A stretch of 63,917 nucleotides of DNA, filler included, from Octopus bimaculoides (GCF_001194135.2; 5 parts of 5 records of this genome joined end to end with filler, not necessarily neighbours in it), one strand, 5' to 3'; counted from the whole stretch's first letter, positions 13,416-27,506 are shown. Program-made: numbers and translations. Notes: generated by a model not told the origin, from the letters alone.

Positions 13416-14344
13416 ATGTGCGTGTGTGTGTATGTGCGTGTGTGTGTGTGTATGTGTGTGCCTGTGTGAGTGTGCACGGGCATTATCATAAATTTGAGTT
13501 GCATCTGTTTTCAAAATAATACAGATTTTCTTATTGTTTTCATAATGTTATTACCTGTGTATTACCTGTGTTTCCTTTTTAATGTTATTTAAGGCCCAAT
13601 CCTTATACGGACTCTGATATGTTCTTCCTTCGAAGAGATATTTTTCATTTATATTATTTAATCGTTTCATGTTTTTTGCTGAATAGTTTCCATTCTGAAT
13701 TTGATTTCACCTTTCAAAATGTCTGAAATTGGATTATTCATTCTGGAAAATATTTAATAAAATATTTTTTTAAATGATTATTCTAATTTATACGTTACTC
13801 TAGACAAGACATCGGCAAACATCATATATCTGACCCTTTCATAAAATTGTTGGTTACCTATCGACCCCTACCCTAACCCCGCTACATGATTTAAATTTCT
13901 AAAATAAAATTAAAAAAGTGTAATTAATAAAAAAAAAATCATTCTTGGTTTAAAGACAATTATTTATTTACGTTCTTTTGAGTCGGTACATTTTTATTAA
14001 TAAATATTTAAAGAAGTTTAATGAAAATAGTAAACGAAATTGGTAAAGAACAATAAAAAAAATTCGATCATATTTTATTGATTTAGCCGGATTATTTAAC
14101 GTGAAATATGTGTTTAGTGAATATTAATTACTGCGTTGATATTTGGCTGGTAATTAGCGAGTTTCAGCCTTGCTCCTTCAGTGTCATTGTTTTTCTCCTT
14201 CGTTGAGAGTGAACTCGAAGGCTAAAACCGGCTTCAGCTATCCATGAACTTGAAAATGTTAGTAAAATCGCTTGAACTGTTGCTTAGGGTTATATATTTG
14301 TGGTATTTATATTGCTCCAAAAATCACTTGAATTCAGTGGTAAT

Positions 14345-14564
14345 GCATGGTTTAATGGTTAGGGTGTTGAACACGTGGTTGTAAAATTGTGGTTTCGAGT
14401 CCTGGACTGGGCGGCGCATTGTGCGCTTGAGTAAAACATTTCATTTCAAATTGCTCCAGTCTACTCAGCTGGCGAAAATGAGTAATCCTGTAAAGGACCA
14501 ACGTCCTGTCCACGGGGGATGAGAATATATGCGCTAAGGAAACCGGGAAACTGACCCCCATAAG
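14345..14564 (+). mobile_element. tRNA-derived SINE, body 2 + tail Y
   Basis: tRNA-like head; TTGCTCCAGTCTACTCAGCTGGCGAAAATGAGTA body; GTCCTGTCCACGGGGG..GAAACCGGGAAACTG tail. Confidence 0.85.
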
Positions 14565-14609
14565 AAACCGACCCTAATAAGAATTTGGCATCAAGATCCC
14601 TACACGTGT

Positions 14610-15130
14610 CAGTAAGCTCATCTTGCATCTTTGATTCAATGCCTGCCTTTTGCTATTTCCTCGTTAAACGATGTAACAATCCAGTCAGATACGTATATTT
14701 TTTCCAGTTACTCGATACGTATTTCCTGGTCTTCTTTTAATTTCCTGGTGTGATTTACACATATTGTTAGATCACTATTTCAAAATTTTCCCTTTTTTCT
14801 ATCTTCCATCTGCCGTAAATTTTAAAAATAACAGTAATTTCTGCATCACAATGAATACTTAAATAGACACGTTTTAGCCTGGAATCTTATTTGAATTCTT
14901 CGGGCTTGAATAATTACGTGATAACATTTTTGCCTCTCAAGCAGTTTTGTATTTCGTTAAATTCTAGATATAAATCTGCCAAAGAGAAAAGATGATTTTT
15001 ATAAGTTATCCCATTAAGAATAATCTTCATCCATAAGAAATTCAAGAGGTGTCATATAAGTTAACAAGTTTCTGCAAGGAATCAACGCTCGATATACTTC
15101 GTCTAACCATGAAATGGCTAGATATGCATC
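14610..15130 (-). pseudogene. Buster/Charlie-type hAT transposase relic, central region
   Basis: Minus-strand pieces VR..SLQKLVNLYDT and EDQEIRIE*LEKIYVSDWIVTSF resemble the VRWLS..YDT and EDF..RF.DL....PDW..TPF segments of Buster transposases; many lesions. Confidence 0.6.
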
Positions 15131-15644
15131 ATTGACAACGTCTTAAATAGTCGAATGGACTTTGACGAACCTAGGTGACTGATTGACTGCCCGAACAATT
15201 AATCAAACAATTGGTTAAATGGGGAATTAGTTGACTAATAAATAATAGTAAAAGAGATGTAATGGAACCAGTGCTTGTATTTATTATTGCCATAATGACA
15301 TTCTCAAGACACAACAAAAACTTTGTTCTTTTCTCACATTTAAATAGCACTGAAATGAAAGTCAAGATAATGAAACGAGATAAAGATTTAAAGCGAGAAG
15401 ACAAGGAGTGAGATGGCACAAGTAACAGGTTAGAAACGAACTGATTCTGGAAATAAAAGAAAGTTTTAAACAAAAAGGCAATATATAAACATATANNNNN
15501 NNNNNNNNNNNNNNNNNNNNNNNNNNNNNNNNNNNNNNNNNNNNNNNNNNNNNNNNNNNNNNNNNNNNNNNNNNNNNNNNNNNNNNNNNNNNNNNNNNNN
15601 NNNNNNNNNNNNNNNNNNNNNNNNNNNNNNNNNNNNNNNNNNNN

Positions 15645-15687
<43 letters not shown>

Positions 15688-15789
15688 GCTAAAGAATAAG
15701 AGACCAAATAACTGAGCCCGAACTGGATCAAAGAGAAAATCAAGATACGAAAATGTGAAGAGAGAACATAACCGATGAACAATTTAATG

Positions 15790-15837
<48 letters not shown>

Positions 15838-16719
15838 GCGATGAAATAAAATGAATGAAGAACAGTGGTTGAAGAATATCAGAAGGAACATCAAGAAAGG
15901 AATCGAGTTTGGTGAATGAATTATTAAAAAAAATATTCAAAGAAAATTTTAGAGACCATTTGCTGTTTCTAAGATGATACGACATTACAATGAACTGGAT
16001 ACTGCTAAATCATATAATTCCGAAGAAATGGATTGATTCTTTCGTCGTAGTGACTCCGAAATTCAGAAATGGGATTCTAAACTGTTACCATAACGATTCC
16101 TCTTCTGCAAGTTTTATCCCCCTTCAGAGACTGATACTATTCTTTGATGCAAATAATGAGGAAGTTAATAATTCCAAGAAAATATAGCCGATATCGTAAT
16201 TAAACTCTTTCTTCTGCTTTATTTGGTACAAAAATTACTCCACCTGAAGCAAAAGGTACCTTATTGTCTTCGAATTCAATATCAGACATGTTTTCTACTT
16301 ATTCTTCGTCTGTTTTGTACGCGGAAAAAATGATTGCCCGGCACGTGGCCAGCTTTACATTATTATTGCTAATGAAGCTTTGCCATACAATAGATAGAAA
16401 TGCCTCGAAATTAAGTACGTTTGCATAATATATGTATAAGATATACACATGACCACGCGCCCACGCACACGGGCATGCACACATATACACACACCGAAAC
16501 GCCAGTGCTAGAATGGTGGCAGCAGATGAAGGAAATGTTCTCTATGTGGCCTATGTGTTTTCTGTACTCCGTTTATTATTGTTTTGTCTACGTTTTGTTT
16601 GCAACGTCCTGTACCCAGATATGCATCTATATATACAGGTAGATGTAGGTATGTACATACATGTACGTATATATGCATATACTCATTTATTATTTGTATT
16701 ATATATATATATATATATA

Positions 16720-16847
16720 TAATCAAAATAAGCAACAAGGATATCCAAAGTTAATGCAGTACGATCGCTTCATGCGACTCCATTTATTTAAGCAATGTGA
16801 ACATTACATCAAATGTAAAATGCAGAGCAATCCTCACTGGGTCTGAT
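16720..16847. repeat. Dispersed repeat (second copy 38,367-38,490)
   Basis: AATCAAAATAAGCAACA..GGATATC..AATGCAGTACGA..CTCCATTTA..ATTACATCAA shared by both loci, each directly after (TA)n. Confidence 0.8.
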
Positions 16848-17533
16848 NNNNNNNNNNNNNNNNNNNNNNNNNNNNNNNNNNNNNNNNNNNNNNNNNNNNN
16901 NNNNNNNNNNNNNNNNNNNNNNNNNNNNNNNNNNNNNNNNNNNNNNNNNNNNNNNNNNNNNNNNNNNNNNNNNNNNNNNNNNNNNNNNNNNNNNNNNNNN
17001 NNNNNNNNNNNNNNNNNNNNNNNNNNNNNNNNNNNNNTCTTCTTCCTGTCTTCTACCAACAAACATGCTGAAAACTTAAACATAATCCCAAATCGTAATT
17101 CCTAGCTCTAAACCGTAAGCTTAAACTCCAACTTCCACCTTAAAATTCTTACAATAACAGTAAACCAAAGTTTTACTTTCAATATTGTAAACTTCTATGA
17201 TTTTCAGGCCAAGAAATTTGCAAATGATTATCAAAAGTGGATTGAGCATGCGTTCTTTTCAAAAGTTCTTTGAAAAATGAAAATTTAAAACTTTCCGAAG
17301 AAGACATTTCCTGAAGAAAATTAAACAAAAGAAGTTAATTAGCCTCATTAGTGCTGCTTTGATATACATTTTTATCTGATATTACACTCATAAAGAAATA
17401 GTTGAGATAAAGTAACATAACCACCAATATTTTATTGGGGGATCATATTTAGGAGTCTGTCAGCCAAGATTAAACAGGCCCTTCGTGTGGTAGGCGCGAT
17501 AAAGCCAGAGACCAGCGCGGTTTCGGTGGATAA

Positions 17534-17566
17534 TTACTACTACTACTACTATTACTACTGCTGATG

Positions 17567-17637
<71 letters not shown>
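17534..17637. repeat. (TAC)n microsatellite
   Basis: Read directly. Confidence 0.97.
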
Positions 17638-17638
<1 letters not shown>

Positions 17639-17850
17639 AGGTGGTGAGCCGGTAGAGTCGTCGGCACGCCAAGCAAAACGCTTTGCGGCAATTCGTCCGT
17701 CTTTATGTTCTGTGTTCAAATGCTGCCCAGTCGACTTTACCTTTCATGCATCCGTGGTCGATAAAATAAGCACCGGTTGAATGAACACTGGGGTTGCTGA
17801 ATCGATTTATACCCTCCCCCGAAATTGCTGGCCTTGTGCCATAATTAAAA
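17638..17850 (+). mobile_element. tRNA-derived SINE with (ATT)n tail
   Basis: Same family as 12.3 kb copy; followed by (ATT)n to ~17,923. Confidence 0.88.
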
Positions 17851-17860
17851 ATCATAATTA

Positions 17861-17924
<64 letters not shown>

Positions 17925-17929
17925 GTTGG

Positions 17930-18416
17930 TTTGGCTGAGGTTCGGTCTTATTCCCGGTAGGAATTATGTGGATAGCGGATATCCACAAGTCTGAATGTTG
18001 GCAATTTGTGGTCACAAATGTCGAAAATCTTTTTTGTATTTCCCCGACATCATATCTTGTCGAAACTGGATTTAGTACTGACAATCGCATTTTGCGGACG
18101 GAAAGAAACCGATTTGACATTTCACGTGGAAATATTCGTATCTGTTTGGGTAGCATTAAGCCTAACATTGAATTTTTAGCGGAACATCACCAATCTCAGG
18201 GCTCACACTAATTAGTCCTTTTCTACATTTAAATTTAGAATGAAGTTTTATTTTAATGATTTTTTCTTTTGCATTTACATGCACGAAATTTTTTTGAGTG
18301 TTGATTAGTCGTAATTACATTGTATTTAATATTTATCATTTTTTGGCGGGCTATTATTAATTAGCTTACGTCAAAAATAGCTTCAACTGTGGCCGGGAAA
18401 AGGTTGAGAACCACTG
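17930..18416 (+). mobile_element. Buster/Charlie hAT transposon 3' end: transposase C-terminus plus right TIR
   Basis: ORF 17,966-18,211 PTSYLVETGFS..RNRFDISRGNIRICLGSIKPNIEFLAEHHQSQGSH* fits the hATC dimerisation domain and Buster QxSH ending; GGTTGAGAACCACTG at 18,402-18,416 is the reverse complement of the CAGTGGTTCTCAACC-type TIR. Confidence 0.88.
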
Positions 18417-18984
18417 CATTATAGGAAGTTGGCACAGTTGATTATATCATCGGCTGGTAATATTCTCATTAGTATTCATGCTGTCCACCATAGAAACATT
18501 AGGGAATTGATCGGACGTCTGAGAAGATAATTTATTATGACATATTTAGTTATCTAATCGTTCATGGTTATATTGACTCTGATTTCAAATCTCTGCGTAG
18601 TCGAGCACGCACACACACACTCACACTCACGCACAAACACTTATACACGCACTCCCACACACACACCGGTTTTAATCGCAAAAGCAAAACAATTGTTTCT
18701 GTGCATTGGTAGCAGGTAACAGGTGTTAGTTACTGAGTTTCATATATCATACTAATATTATACAAATATTGTATAAATAAATACGATCCACCACTATACG
18801 ATCCATCCAAATATTATATGTGGTTAGACGATATAAAGTCTATTTTTTTTCAGCATATTGGCATAGAATATTTTTTTCTTTTGCCCTTGTTTATAATTGT
18901 TCATAATTGTCACCTTACAAGGTATTTTAATATGCTGGTCACTGATAAAATTCTTTTTTTGAAAAATATTTTATCTTTATATTA

Positions 18985-19029
<45 letters not shown>

Positions 19030-19675
19030 AAATGAGATATATAATTTTTAAATTTCGTTTCTCTTTATAGGAACCGAAAAATAAAATAAATATAGGGCTG
19101 CAAATAGAAGTGCTGAATTTAAAAAAAAAAAGAACAAGGCCAAAACAAACTCAGCGGTTAAAAATAAATATCAGAATTGGGCAAATAACTGTATATGCTC
19201 CCCATATATTCGCACCGTTGAACATAGATAAATACATACTATCAGCACACGGAACCCGAAGGCATAAGAATATACATCTATACACATATAAAACCGTGTG
19301 GAAAACCTGTATAGAACGATGCATATAAAGAAAATACATGAAGAAAATATGAATGTATATATGGCAAGGCGACAAAAAATATCAAAAAAATATAACATAG
19401 TGAAAGTGTTAATGGTAAAAGGAATCCAGAATCATGTCCATCGTAATGTGCAAGAGGTAATTCAAGTCAGGAATCGAGAATAATGACCATCGTAAAGTCT
19501 ACGGCCGTTTTAAGGAGTCACTGCCACAATCCATTAAAACATTAATTTTGTGTGCTGAACGCACTGGTATTTTAATATGAATTTATTTGTATTCAACGGT
19601 GTGGATATGTGGGTATGTTATGAAGTTGTTTGCGCAATTCTGATGTTTATTTTTTAACCACTGAGTTTAGATCAA

Positions 19676-19712
<37 letters not shown>

Positions 19713-19763
19713 NNNNNNNNNNATATATATATATATAAATACACTCACACACACGCAAACACG

Positions 19764-19804
<41 letters not shown>

Positions 19805-19808
<4 letters not shown>

Positions 19809-19900
19809 ATGGTTAGCGTGTTGCGCTCACGATTGCGAGATCGTGGTTTCAATTCCTGGACCAGGAGATACGTAGTGTTCTTGATCAAAACAAGTTTCTC
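19805..19900 (+). mobile_element. SINE tRNA-like head fragment
   Basis: TGGTTAGCGTG..GGTTTCAATTCCTGGACC..TGTTCTTGATCAA, as at 7.0 kb. Confidence 0.75.
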
Positions 19901-20029
19901 TGCCCCCCCACACACACACATTTGTATATATGCTCCCTCAGACACAGATATAGGGTTATGCATAAATACATATACATACATGCATGCATACATACATACA
20001 TACATACATATATATATATAGATACACAT

Positions 20030-20064
<35 letters not shown>

Positions 20065-20100
20065 CACAAATGCATAAACGCACACACACACGCACATATG

Positions 20101-20196
20101 TATACTCTTTTATACTCTTTTACTTGTTTCAGTCATTTGACTGCGGCCATGCTGGAGCACCACCTTTAGTCGAGCAAATCGACCCCAGGACTTATT
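20101..20196 (-). mobile_element. SINE 3' tail running into an N gap
   Basis: TACTCTTTTACTTGTTTCAGTCATTTGACTGCGGCCATGCTGGAGCA, nearly identical to 43,085-43,170. Confidence 0.9.
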
Positions 20197-21509
20197 NNNN
20201 NNNNNNNNNNNNNNNNNNNNNNNNNNNNNNNNNNNNNNNNNNNNNNNNNNNNNNNNNNNNNNNNNNNNNNNNNNNNNNNNNNNNNNNNNNNNNNNNNNNN
20301 NNNNNNNNNNNNNNNNNNNNNNNNNNNNNNNNNNNNNNNNNNNNNNNNNNNNNNNNNNNNNNNNNNNNNNNNNNNNNNNNNNNNNNNNNNNNNNNNNNNN
20401 NNNNNNNNNNNNNNNNNNNNNNNNNNNNNNNNNNNNNNNNNNNNNNNNNNNNNNNNNNNNNNNNNNNNNNNNNNNNNNNNNNNNNNNNNNNNNNNNNNNN
20501 NNNNNNNNNNNNNNNNNNNNNNNNNNNNNNNNNNNNNNNNNNNNNNNNNNNNNNNNNNNNNNNNNNNNNNNNNNNNNNNNNNNNNNNNNNNNNNNNNNNN
20601 NNNNNNNNNNNNNNNNNNNNNNNNNNNNNNNNNNNNNNNNNNNNNNNNNNNNNNNNNNNNNNNNNNNNNNNNNNNNNNNNNNNNNNNNNNNNNNNNNNNN
20701 NNNNNNNNNNNNNNNNNNNNNNNNNNNNNNNNNNNNNNNNNNNNNNNNNNNNNNNNNNNNNNNNNNNNNNNNNNNNNNNNNNNNNNNNNNNNNNNNNNNN
20801 NNNNNNNNNNNNNNNNNNNNNNNNNNNNNNNNNNNNNNNNNNNNNNNNNNNNNNNNNNNNNNNNNNNNNNNNNNNNNNNNNNNNNNNNNNNNNNNNNNNN
20901 NNNNNNNNNNNATACACATGTATATATATATATTTATATACAATAATTAGTCTGAGAATAATTGGTCTATTTTATTCAGCCATCGAACTTTTCAAAACAG
21001 AAAAAGAAACTACGTTTGGAGCGCACGCGAATGCTTGAGTGTTTATGAAAAATCTGTTTCGAATTTTTTCTCCTTTTTTTATCAAAAGATTCTCTAATAA
21101 GTTATTGTAAACTTCATTAACCAAACAACAACTGTTTTCATAGCCGTAGGCATCGAATCGGTTTTCATAGTTAATATTTCGTGTTCTTAAATCTTAAATA
21201 TAAAAACACTTATGTACGTACGTACTTACGTACGTACGTATGTATGTATCTATGTATATATGTATATATGTATATATGTAGATATGTGTGTATGTATATA
21301 TTTATGTATGCATGTATGTATGTATGTATGTATGTATGTATCTACATGTGCACGTATATATGTATGTACATACATATGTGTTTGTGTGTGTGTAATTTAT
21401 AATATAACATGGTATGTGTAAGTATGAATGTATGGATTCGTATCATGTGTGTATATGTATACGTTTGTGTATGTGTGTGTATATGTTTGTAGACAGTGTT
21501 GGACGTAAC

Positions 21510-21870
21510 GAGTGCAGCGTGGACAAATAGTTAAAACGTTTGTCTCACGATCGCAGAGTCGGTGGTTCAACCCCACTACATAGCATCTTAAGCTTATAAG
21601 TGTCTTTTTATGTTGTTTTTTAAATTTTTATTGTTGTTGTTTTTTTTTAAGATTTAGTCGAAAATCCGCCACCCTTGTGGATAAAATTGGGAAGACATAA
21701 ACTGTCCGAAAGCCCTACAGATCAATTGAGCTCGCATTTCAAAGACTTAGCCTTGTCACGCACTGTGAAACAATGAAACTCTTCTGTACAAAATTCAGTC
21801 ACTTCACGTGTTCGTTCAAAGAGAAGCTAACTTAGTTGATTACACAACCGAAGAGTCATCGTCGATTCCC
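21510..21870 (+). mobile_element. Old, degraded tRNA-derived SINE
   Basis: Head with GGTTCAACCCC B-box-like motif; degraded tail-X similarity (TTCAAAGACTTAGCCTTGTCAC). Confidence 0.55.
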
Positions 21871-22023
21871 AAGTAGGATCCACTCCATTTATTTTGTTCT
21901 TCAATAATGACACCCCAAAGACCGTAATGCAAGAGAACACTTAATGAACAATCTCGGAGATTTAGCGTAATATATATGTATGTACATATGTACATATCTA
22001 TGCATATATATANNNNNNNNNNT

Positions 22024-22183
22024 ATACACGACAGGTTTATTTCAGTTTCCGTCTACAGATACAGTGACAGGACTTTGGTCGAGCCGAGTCTAGTAGAAAA
22101 CATTCCCCAAAGGTGCCACGCACTGAGACTGAACACGGATGCATGTGGTTAGGTAGCAAGTTTCTTAGCACACAGCCACGCCT
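22024..22183 (-). mobile_element. SINE 5' part (GGCGTGGCTGTGTG family)
   Basis: Reverse complement of head at 5,601; AAGGTGCCACGCA motif. Confidence 0.85.
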
Positions 22184-23364
22184 TCACATACTATTTGCAT
22201 CTATCTATCTATCTATCTATATGTATGTCTGTCTATCTGTCTGTCTATCTATGTGCGTATAGATATACAAATATATATATATATACACATATATGTGTAT
22301 ACATACACGTAAACATATATACTCACATATATGTATATATATATATATATAATAATATTAGGGACAAAATCCAAAATTACAGGTAAAAAACTCAATTAAA
22401 ATCAATTTATAAAAAATTAATATTAAATTGAGCCTTATAGATAAAGTATATATAAAATATATAGTTTTAGGGAAAATAACCAATTTTCAAGAACTCATCG
22501 ATGAAAATCCACTATCACATATAGAAAAATTAATAATTAAAAGCACAATAAATGAGTATAATATAAAGTAAAGTAAATATCATANNNNNNNNNNNNNNNN
22601 NNNNNNNNNNNNNNNNNNNNNNNNNNNNNNNNNNNNNNNNNNNNNNNNNNNNNNNNNNNNNNNNNNNNNNNNNNNNNNNNNNNNNNNNNNNNNNNNNNNN
22701 NNNNNNNNNNNNNNNNNNNNNNNNNNNNNNNNNNNNNNNNNNNNNNNNNNNNNNNNNNNNNNNNNNNNNNNNNNNNNNNNNNNNNNNNNNNNNNNNNNNN
22801 NNNNNNNNNNNNNNNNNNNNNNNNNNNNNNNNNNNNNNNNNNNNNNNNNNNNNNNNNNNNNNNNNNNNNNNNNNNNNNNNNNNNNNNNNNNNNNNNNNNN
22901 NNNNNNNNNNNNNNNNNNNNNNNNNNNNNNNNNNNNNNNNNNNNNNNNNNNNNNNNNNNNNNNNNNNNNNNNNNNNNNNNNNNNNNNNNNNNNNNNNNNN
23001 NNNNNNNNNNNNNNNNNNNNNNNNNNNNNNNNNNNNNNNNNNNNNNNNNNNNNNNNNNNNNNNNNNNNNNNNNNNNNNNNNNNNNNNNNNNNNNNNNNNN
23101 NNNNNNNNNNNNNNNNNNNNNNNNNNNNNNNNNNNNNNNNNNNNNNNNNNNNNNNNNNNNNNNNNNNNNNNNNNNNNNNNNNNNNNNNNNNNNNNNNNNN
23201 NNNNNNNNNNNNNNNNNNNNNNNNNNNNNNNNNNNNNNNNNNNNNNNNNNNNNNNNNNNNNNNNNNNNNNNNNNNNNNNNNNNNNNNNNNNNNNNNNNNN
23301 NNNNNNNNNNNNNNNNNNNNNNNNNNNNNNNNNNNNNNNNTATATATATATATATATATATATT

Positions 23365-23515
23365 TGTACGACGGACTTCTTATAGTTCCCGTCAACCAAA
23401 TCTCACAAAGCTTTGGTCAGCCTGCTACAATAATAGAAGATATCAACCCAAGGTGCCACGCAGTGGAACTGAACCTGGGTTCCCAACGGAACCAAAGTTT
23501 TTACCGCACAGCTAC
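23365..23515 (-). mobile_element. SINE 5' part (GGCGTGGCTGTGTG family)
   Basis: CCCAAGGTGCCACGCAGTGGAACTGAACC as in 43.4 kb copy. Confidence 0.85.
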
Positions 23516-23597
23516 TATTAAAAACTTCCAATATTTTGTGTATTTTAGAAGTTACCCCAATTTGTTGCACTAAAATTTTAGCAACAAAATCTTATAT

Positions 23598-23692
23598 GGA
23601 CCCCGAAATGCCGTATGGACCCAAATTACCCTACGATCCCCAAATTACCTTACGGCCCCCAAATTACCCTACGGCCCCCAAATTACCCTTGT
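23598..23692. repeat. 19-bp tandem repeat (CCCCAAATTACCCTACGGC), ~5 degenerate units
   Basis: Read directly. Confidence 0.85.
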
Positions 23693-24121
23693 GGACCACT
23701 GGAATAGGCCCTATATGTCCCTAAGAAGGCCTAACTTGTTGATCCCAGTTCACATGATGACATCGAACTTGCTCTGTGCATTACCTTAATAACACACTAG
23801 TGTGTGGAATACTCGGCTATGTTCCACTCTAATTCCCAAAGTTATTAGACCCGTTGAACGAATAATGAGCACGTTGATTATCGGGAAGCCCCTCGATCCG
23901 TTTACATTATTACGTGTATAATCATGTATAGATGTATGTACATGTATGTATATGTGTGTATATATGTCATATGCATGTATATGTTTAAGTAATAACGTAT
24001 ACATGCATATACATACATATATATATATATATATGCATTTGTGTGCATATATGTATATATGTCCGTATAAATGTTATGAGTATGTGTGTATGTATATATA
24101 ATATATGTATGAATATGTATT

Positions 24122-24159
<38 letters not shown>

Positions 24160-24334
24160 TATATTTATATACGTATGTATGTTTATGTATAGAGGGATGG
24201 TTGTATACATGTATATATCTGTCTGTATGAATAGGTGTGTGTATGTATGTATATACATATANNNNNNNNNNAGAAGTCCAATCGGAGTAACAATAATAGA
24301 AAAAAATAATATTAATTAAATTATTTGTGTGTTG

Positions 24335-24790
24335 TTGTTTTTGTTTTTGTTGTTGTTGCTGTTTCGGTTGTATTTATGGCGGTAGTGGTGGTGGTGGTGG
24401 TGGTGGTGGTGGTGCCGGTGGTGGAGGCGGCGGTGGTTGTGGTTAGAGTGTCATCGATGTGCTTCGGCACGTTGTCGTGCGTGTATTAGTAATAATAATA
24501 CTGGTAACATCAACAGCTGCAGCAGTAGGTGCAGCAGCAGTTGCAGCAGCAGCAGCAGCAGCAGCAGCGGCAGCAGCGGCAGTAGTAGTAGCAGTAGTTG
24601 TAGTAGTACTAATACTACTAGTAGTAGTAGTAGTAGTAGTACGTAGGACAGCAGCAGCATTTGAAGCAGAATTAGCAGTAACATTAACAGCAGCACCAAC
24701 AGCAGAAGCGACAGATGCAGCAGCGGTAGCAACAGCAGCAGAACTACTATTAGAAGTTGTTGTTGTTGTTGTTTCTGTTGTAGTGGCTGC
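24335..24790. repeat. Compound trinucleotide low-complexity tract (GTT, GGT, GCA, GTA)
   Basis: Read directly. Confidence 0.9.
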
Positions 24791-24878
24791 TGTCCGAATG
24801 GAAATGCAGCGCCCCGCGGCGCTGCAGCTCAGTATTTCGAAACCGTGTCCTGCCTTCTTGCATCATGTAGGATGTGTT

Positions 24879-24925
<47 letters not shown>

Positions 24926-25857
24926 NNNNNNNNNNNNNNNNNNNNNNNNNNNNNNNNNNNNNNNNNNNNNNNNNNNNNNNNNNNNNNNNNNNNNNNNNNN
25001 NNNNNNNNNNNNNNNNNNNNNNNNNNNNNNNNNNNNNNNNNNNNNNNNNNNNNNNNNNNNNNNNNNNNNNNNNNNNNNNNNNNNNNNNNNNNNNNNNNNN
25101 NNNNNNNNNNNNNNNNNNNNNNNNNNNNNNNNNNNNNNNNNNNNNNNNNNNNNNNNNNNNNNNNNNNNNNNNNNNNNNNNNNNNNNNNNNNNNNNNNNNN
25201 NNNNNNNNNNNNNNNNNNNNNNNNNNNNNNNNNNNNNNNNNNNNNNNNNNNNNNNNNNNNNNNNNNNNNNNNNNNNNNNNNNNNNNNNNNNNNNNNNNNN
25301 NNNNNNNNNNNNNNNNNNNNNNNNNNNNNNNNNNNNNNNNNNNNNNNNNNNNNNNNNNNNNNNNNNNNNNNNNNNNNNNNNNNNNNNNNNNNNNNNNNNN
25401 NNNNNNNNNNNNNNNNNNNNNNNNNNNNNNNNNNNNNNNNNNNNNNNNNNNNNNNNNNNNNNNNNNNNNNNNNNNNNNNNNNNNNNNNNNNNNNNNNNNN
25501 NNNNNNNNNNNNNNNNNNNNNNNNNNNNNNNNNNNNNNNNNNNNNNNNNNNNNNNNNNNNNNNNNNNNNNNNNNNNNNNNNNNNNNNNNNNNNNNNNNNN
25601 NNNNNNNNNNNNNNNNNNNNNNNNNNNNNNNNNNNNNNNNNNNNNNNNNNNNNNNNNNNNNNNNNNNNNNNNNNNNNNNNNNNNNNNNNNNNNNNNNNNN
25701 NNNNNNNNNNNNNNNNNNNNNNNNNNNNNNNNNNNNNNNNNNNNNNNNNNNNNNNNNNNNNNNNNNNNNNNNNNNNNNNNNNNNNNNNNNNNNNNNNNNN
25801 NNNNNNNNNNNNNNNNNNNNNNNNNNNNNNNNNNNNNNNNNNTATATGTATATATAT

Positions 25858-25923
<66 letters not shown>

Positions 25924-26119
25924 GTATATGTGTATATATATGTATATCCTGCGCAAGCACACGTGCCATTCGATGTCACATTATGTCACATAAATGTTTG
26001 TGTTTTGTTTGTTTACTTATTATGTTCTCAAAGCTGATATCGTATTGGGAAAATACGGTAAAGGAATCGTCGTTTCCGAAAACAGCAGTCAGGCACTCTT
26101 AATAAAAGACTAATGAACG

Positions 26120-26193
<74 letters not shown>

Positions 26194-26514
26194 TGCGCAT
26201 ACACACGCCCTCTCCCGACGTATGTATATATACACAGGCCGCAAACGCACGCACATACACGTATAAACACATACACACACATGCAACACAACACGCAACA
26301 CACAACACGCATAGACACATACCCACACATACAGACACACACACGCACACACACGCACGCACGCAAGCACACACATACACCCACATACACGTACAAAGAC
26401 ATACACACATATACACACACGCGCACACACGCAACACACAACACGCACACAGGCAGCACACATGTACAGACTCATACCTACAAATACACACTCATACACA
26501 CATACGCACATACG

Positions 26515-26561
<47 letters not shown>

Positions 26562-27084
26562 GCACATACATCGCACACACACACACACACACACACACGT
26601 ACAAACACATACCCACACATACACTCACACGGACACAGATACGCGCACGCACAAAACACACGAATACGCTTAACATACACACAAATACNNNNNNNNNNNN
26701 NNNNNNNNNNNNNNNNNNNNNNNNNNNNNNNNNNNNNNNNNNNNNNNNNNNNNNNNNNNNNNNNNNNNNNNNNNNNNNNNNNNNNNNNNNNNNNNNNNNN
26801 NNNNNNNNNNNNNNNNNNNNNNNNNNNNNNNNNNNNNNNNNNNNNNNNNNNNNNNNNNNNNNNNNNNNNNNNNNATGTGGTTGGGCAGCAAACGCATGCA
26901 TATATCCGTATATACACATACACAACAGGCACAGACATACGCAAAATACACACGCAGGAGCCAATGAGAAACCTCAATGTGACCATTAGCTATACTAGAA
27001 ATAGCAACCAAATTTCTTCAGACAAAAAGTATAACAAATATTCTGCTGAATACATCAGATTTGCTTGTCAGTTGTTTGACCTTA

Positions 27085-27506
27085 ACCAGTTGAGCATGTC
27101 CCTTAGTGGCTGGCGATATGTGCATCTCTGATCACGAGCAGAAGTAGTGGGGGGAGCATCATGGCCATGTGTTGAGAGGAATTCTTTGGGGTTTGAATAA
27201 TTCACCTTTGGAAACATGGTGTTTCGCTCAACATCTTTAAACAGCCCTTTTTCGGGGACTTTATGAGCGGGATGGATTACTCGACCTGAAGAAAATTCTA
27301 ACTGGGCCCCACCTGCAAGGTCATGCGCTGTTTATCTTGATATGAGATCACCATACCGTACACATATGGTTGTGATGCATGTGCCTGATGTACCCTTATC
27401 AGACGGGTAGCCGCGATGGGTATACTGGGTCTCGTATATTTTACACCAGAGTCACTTTGTTGGCATGCACTGCTCTCTCACTCAATAATAATAATAATAA
27501 TAATAA
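27085..27506 (+). mobile_element. Retroposon 3' end with (AAT)n tail (family not identified)
   Basis: Non-simple sequence ending GCATGCACTGCTCTCTCACTC-(AAT)n; no ORF. Confidence 0.55.

Noticed and set aside
15850-16210. Possible mariner-like transposase relic
   Set aside because: Only vague similarity (FF....KL..R), no DDD motif or TIR recognisable.
16720-16847. Hammerhead in the 16.7/38.4 kb repeat (minus GAAACGGTC)
   Set aside because: No CUGANGA core or stem I in either copy.
24459-24870. Poly-Ala/Val or poly-Gln/Ser protein
   Set aside because: Translation of a trinucleotide mosaic; the Gln frame has stops and there are no splice signals.
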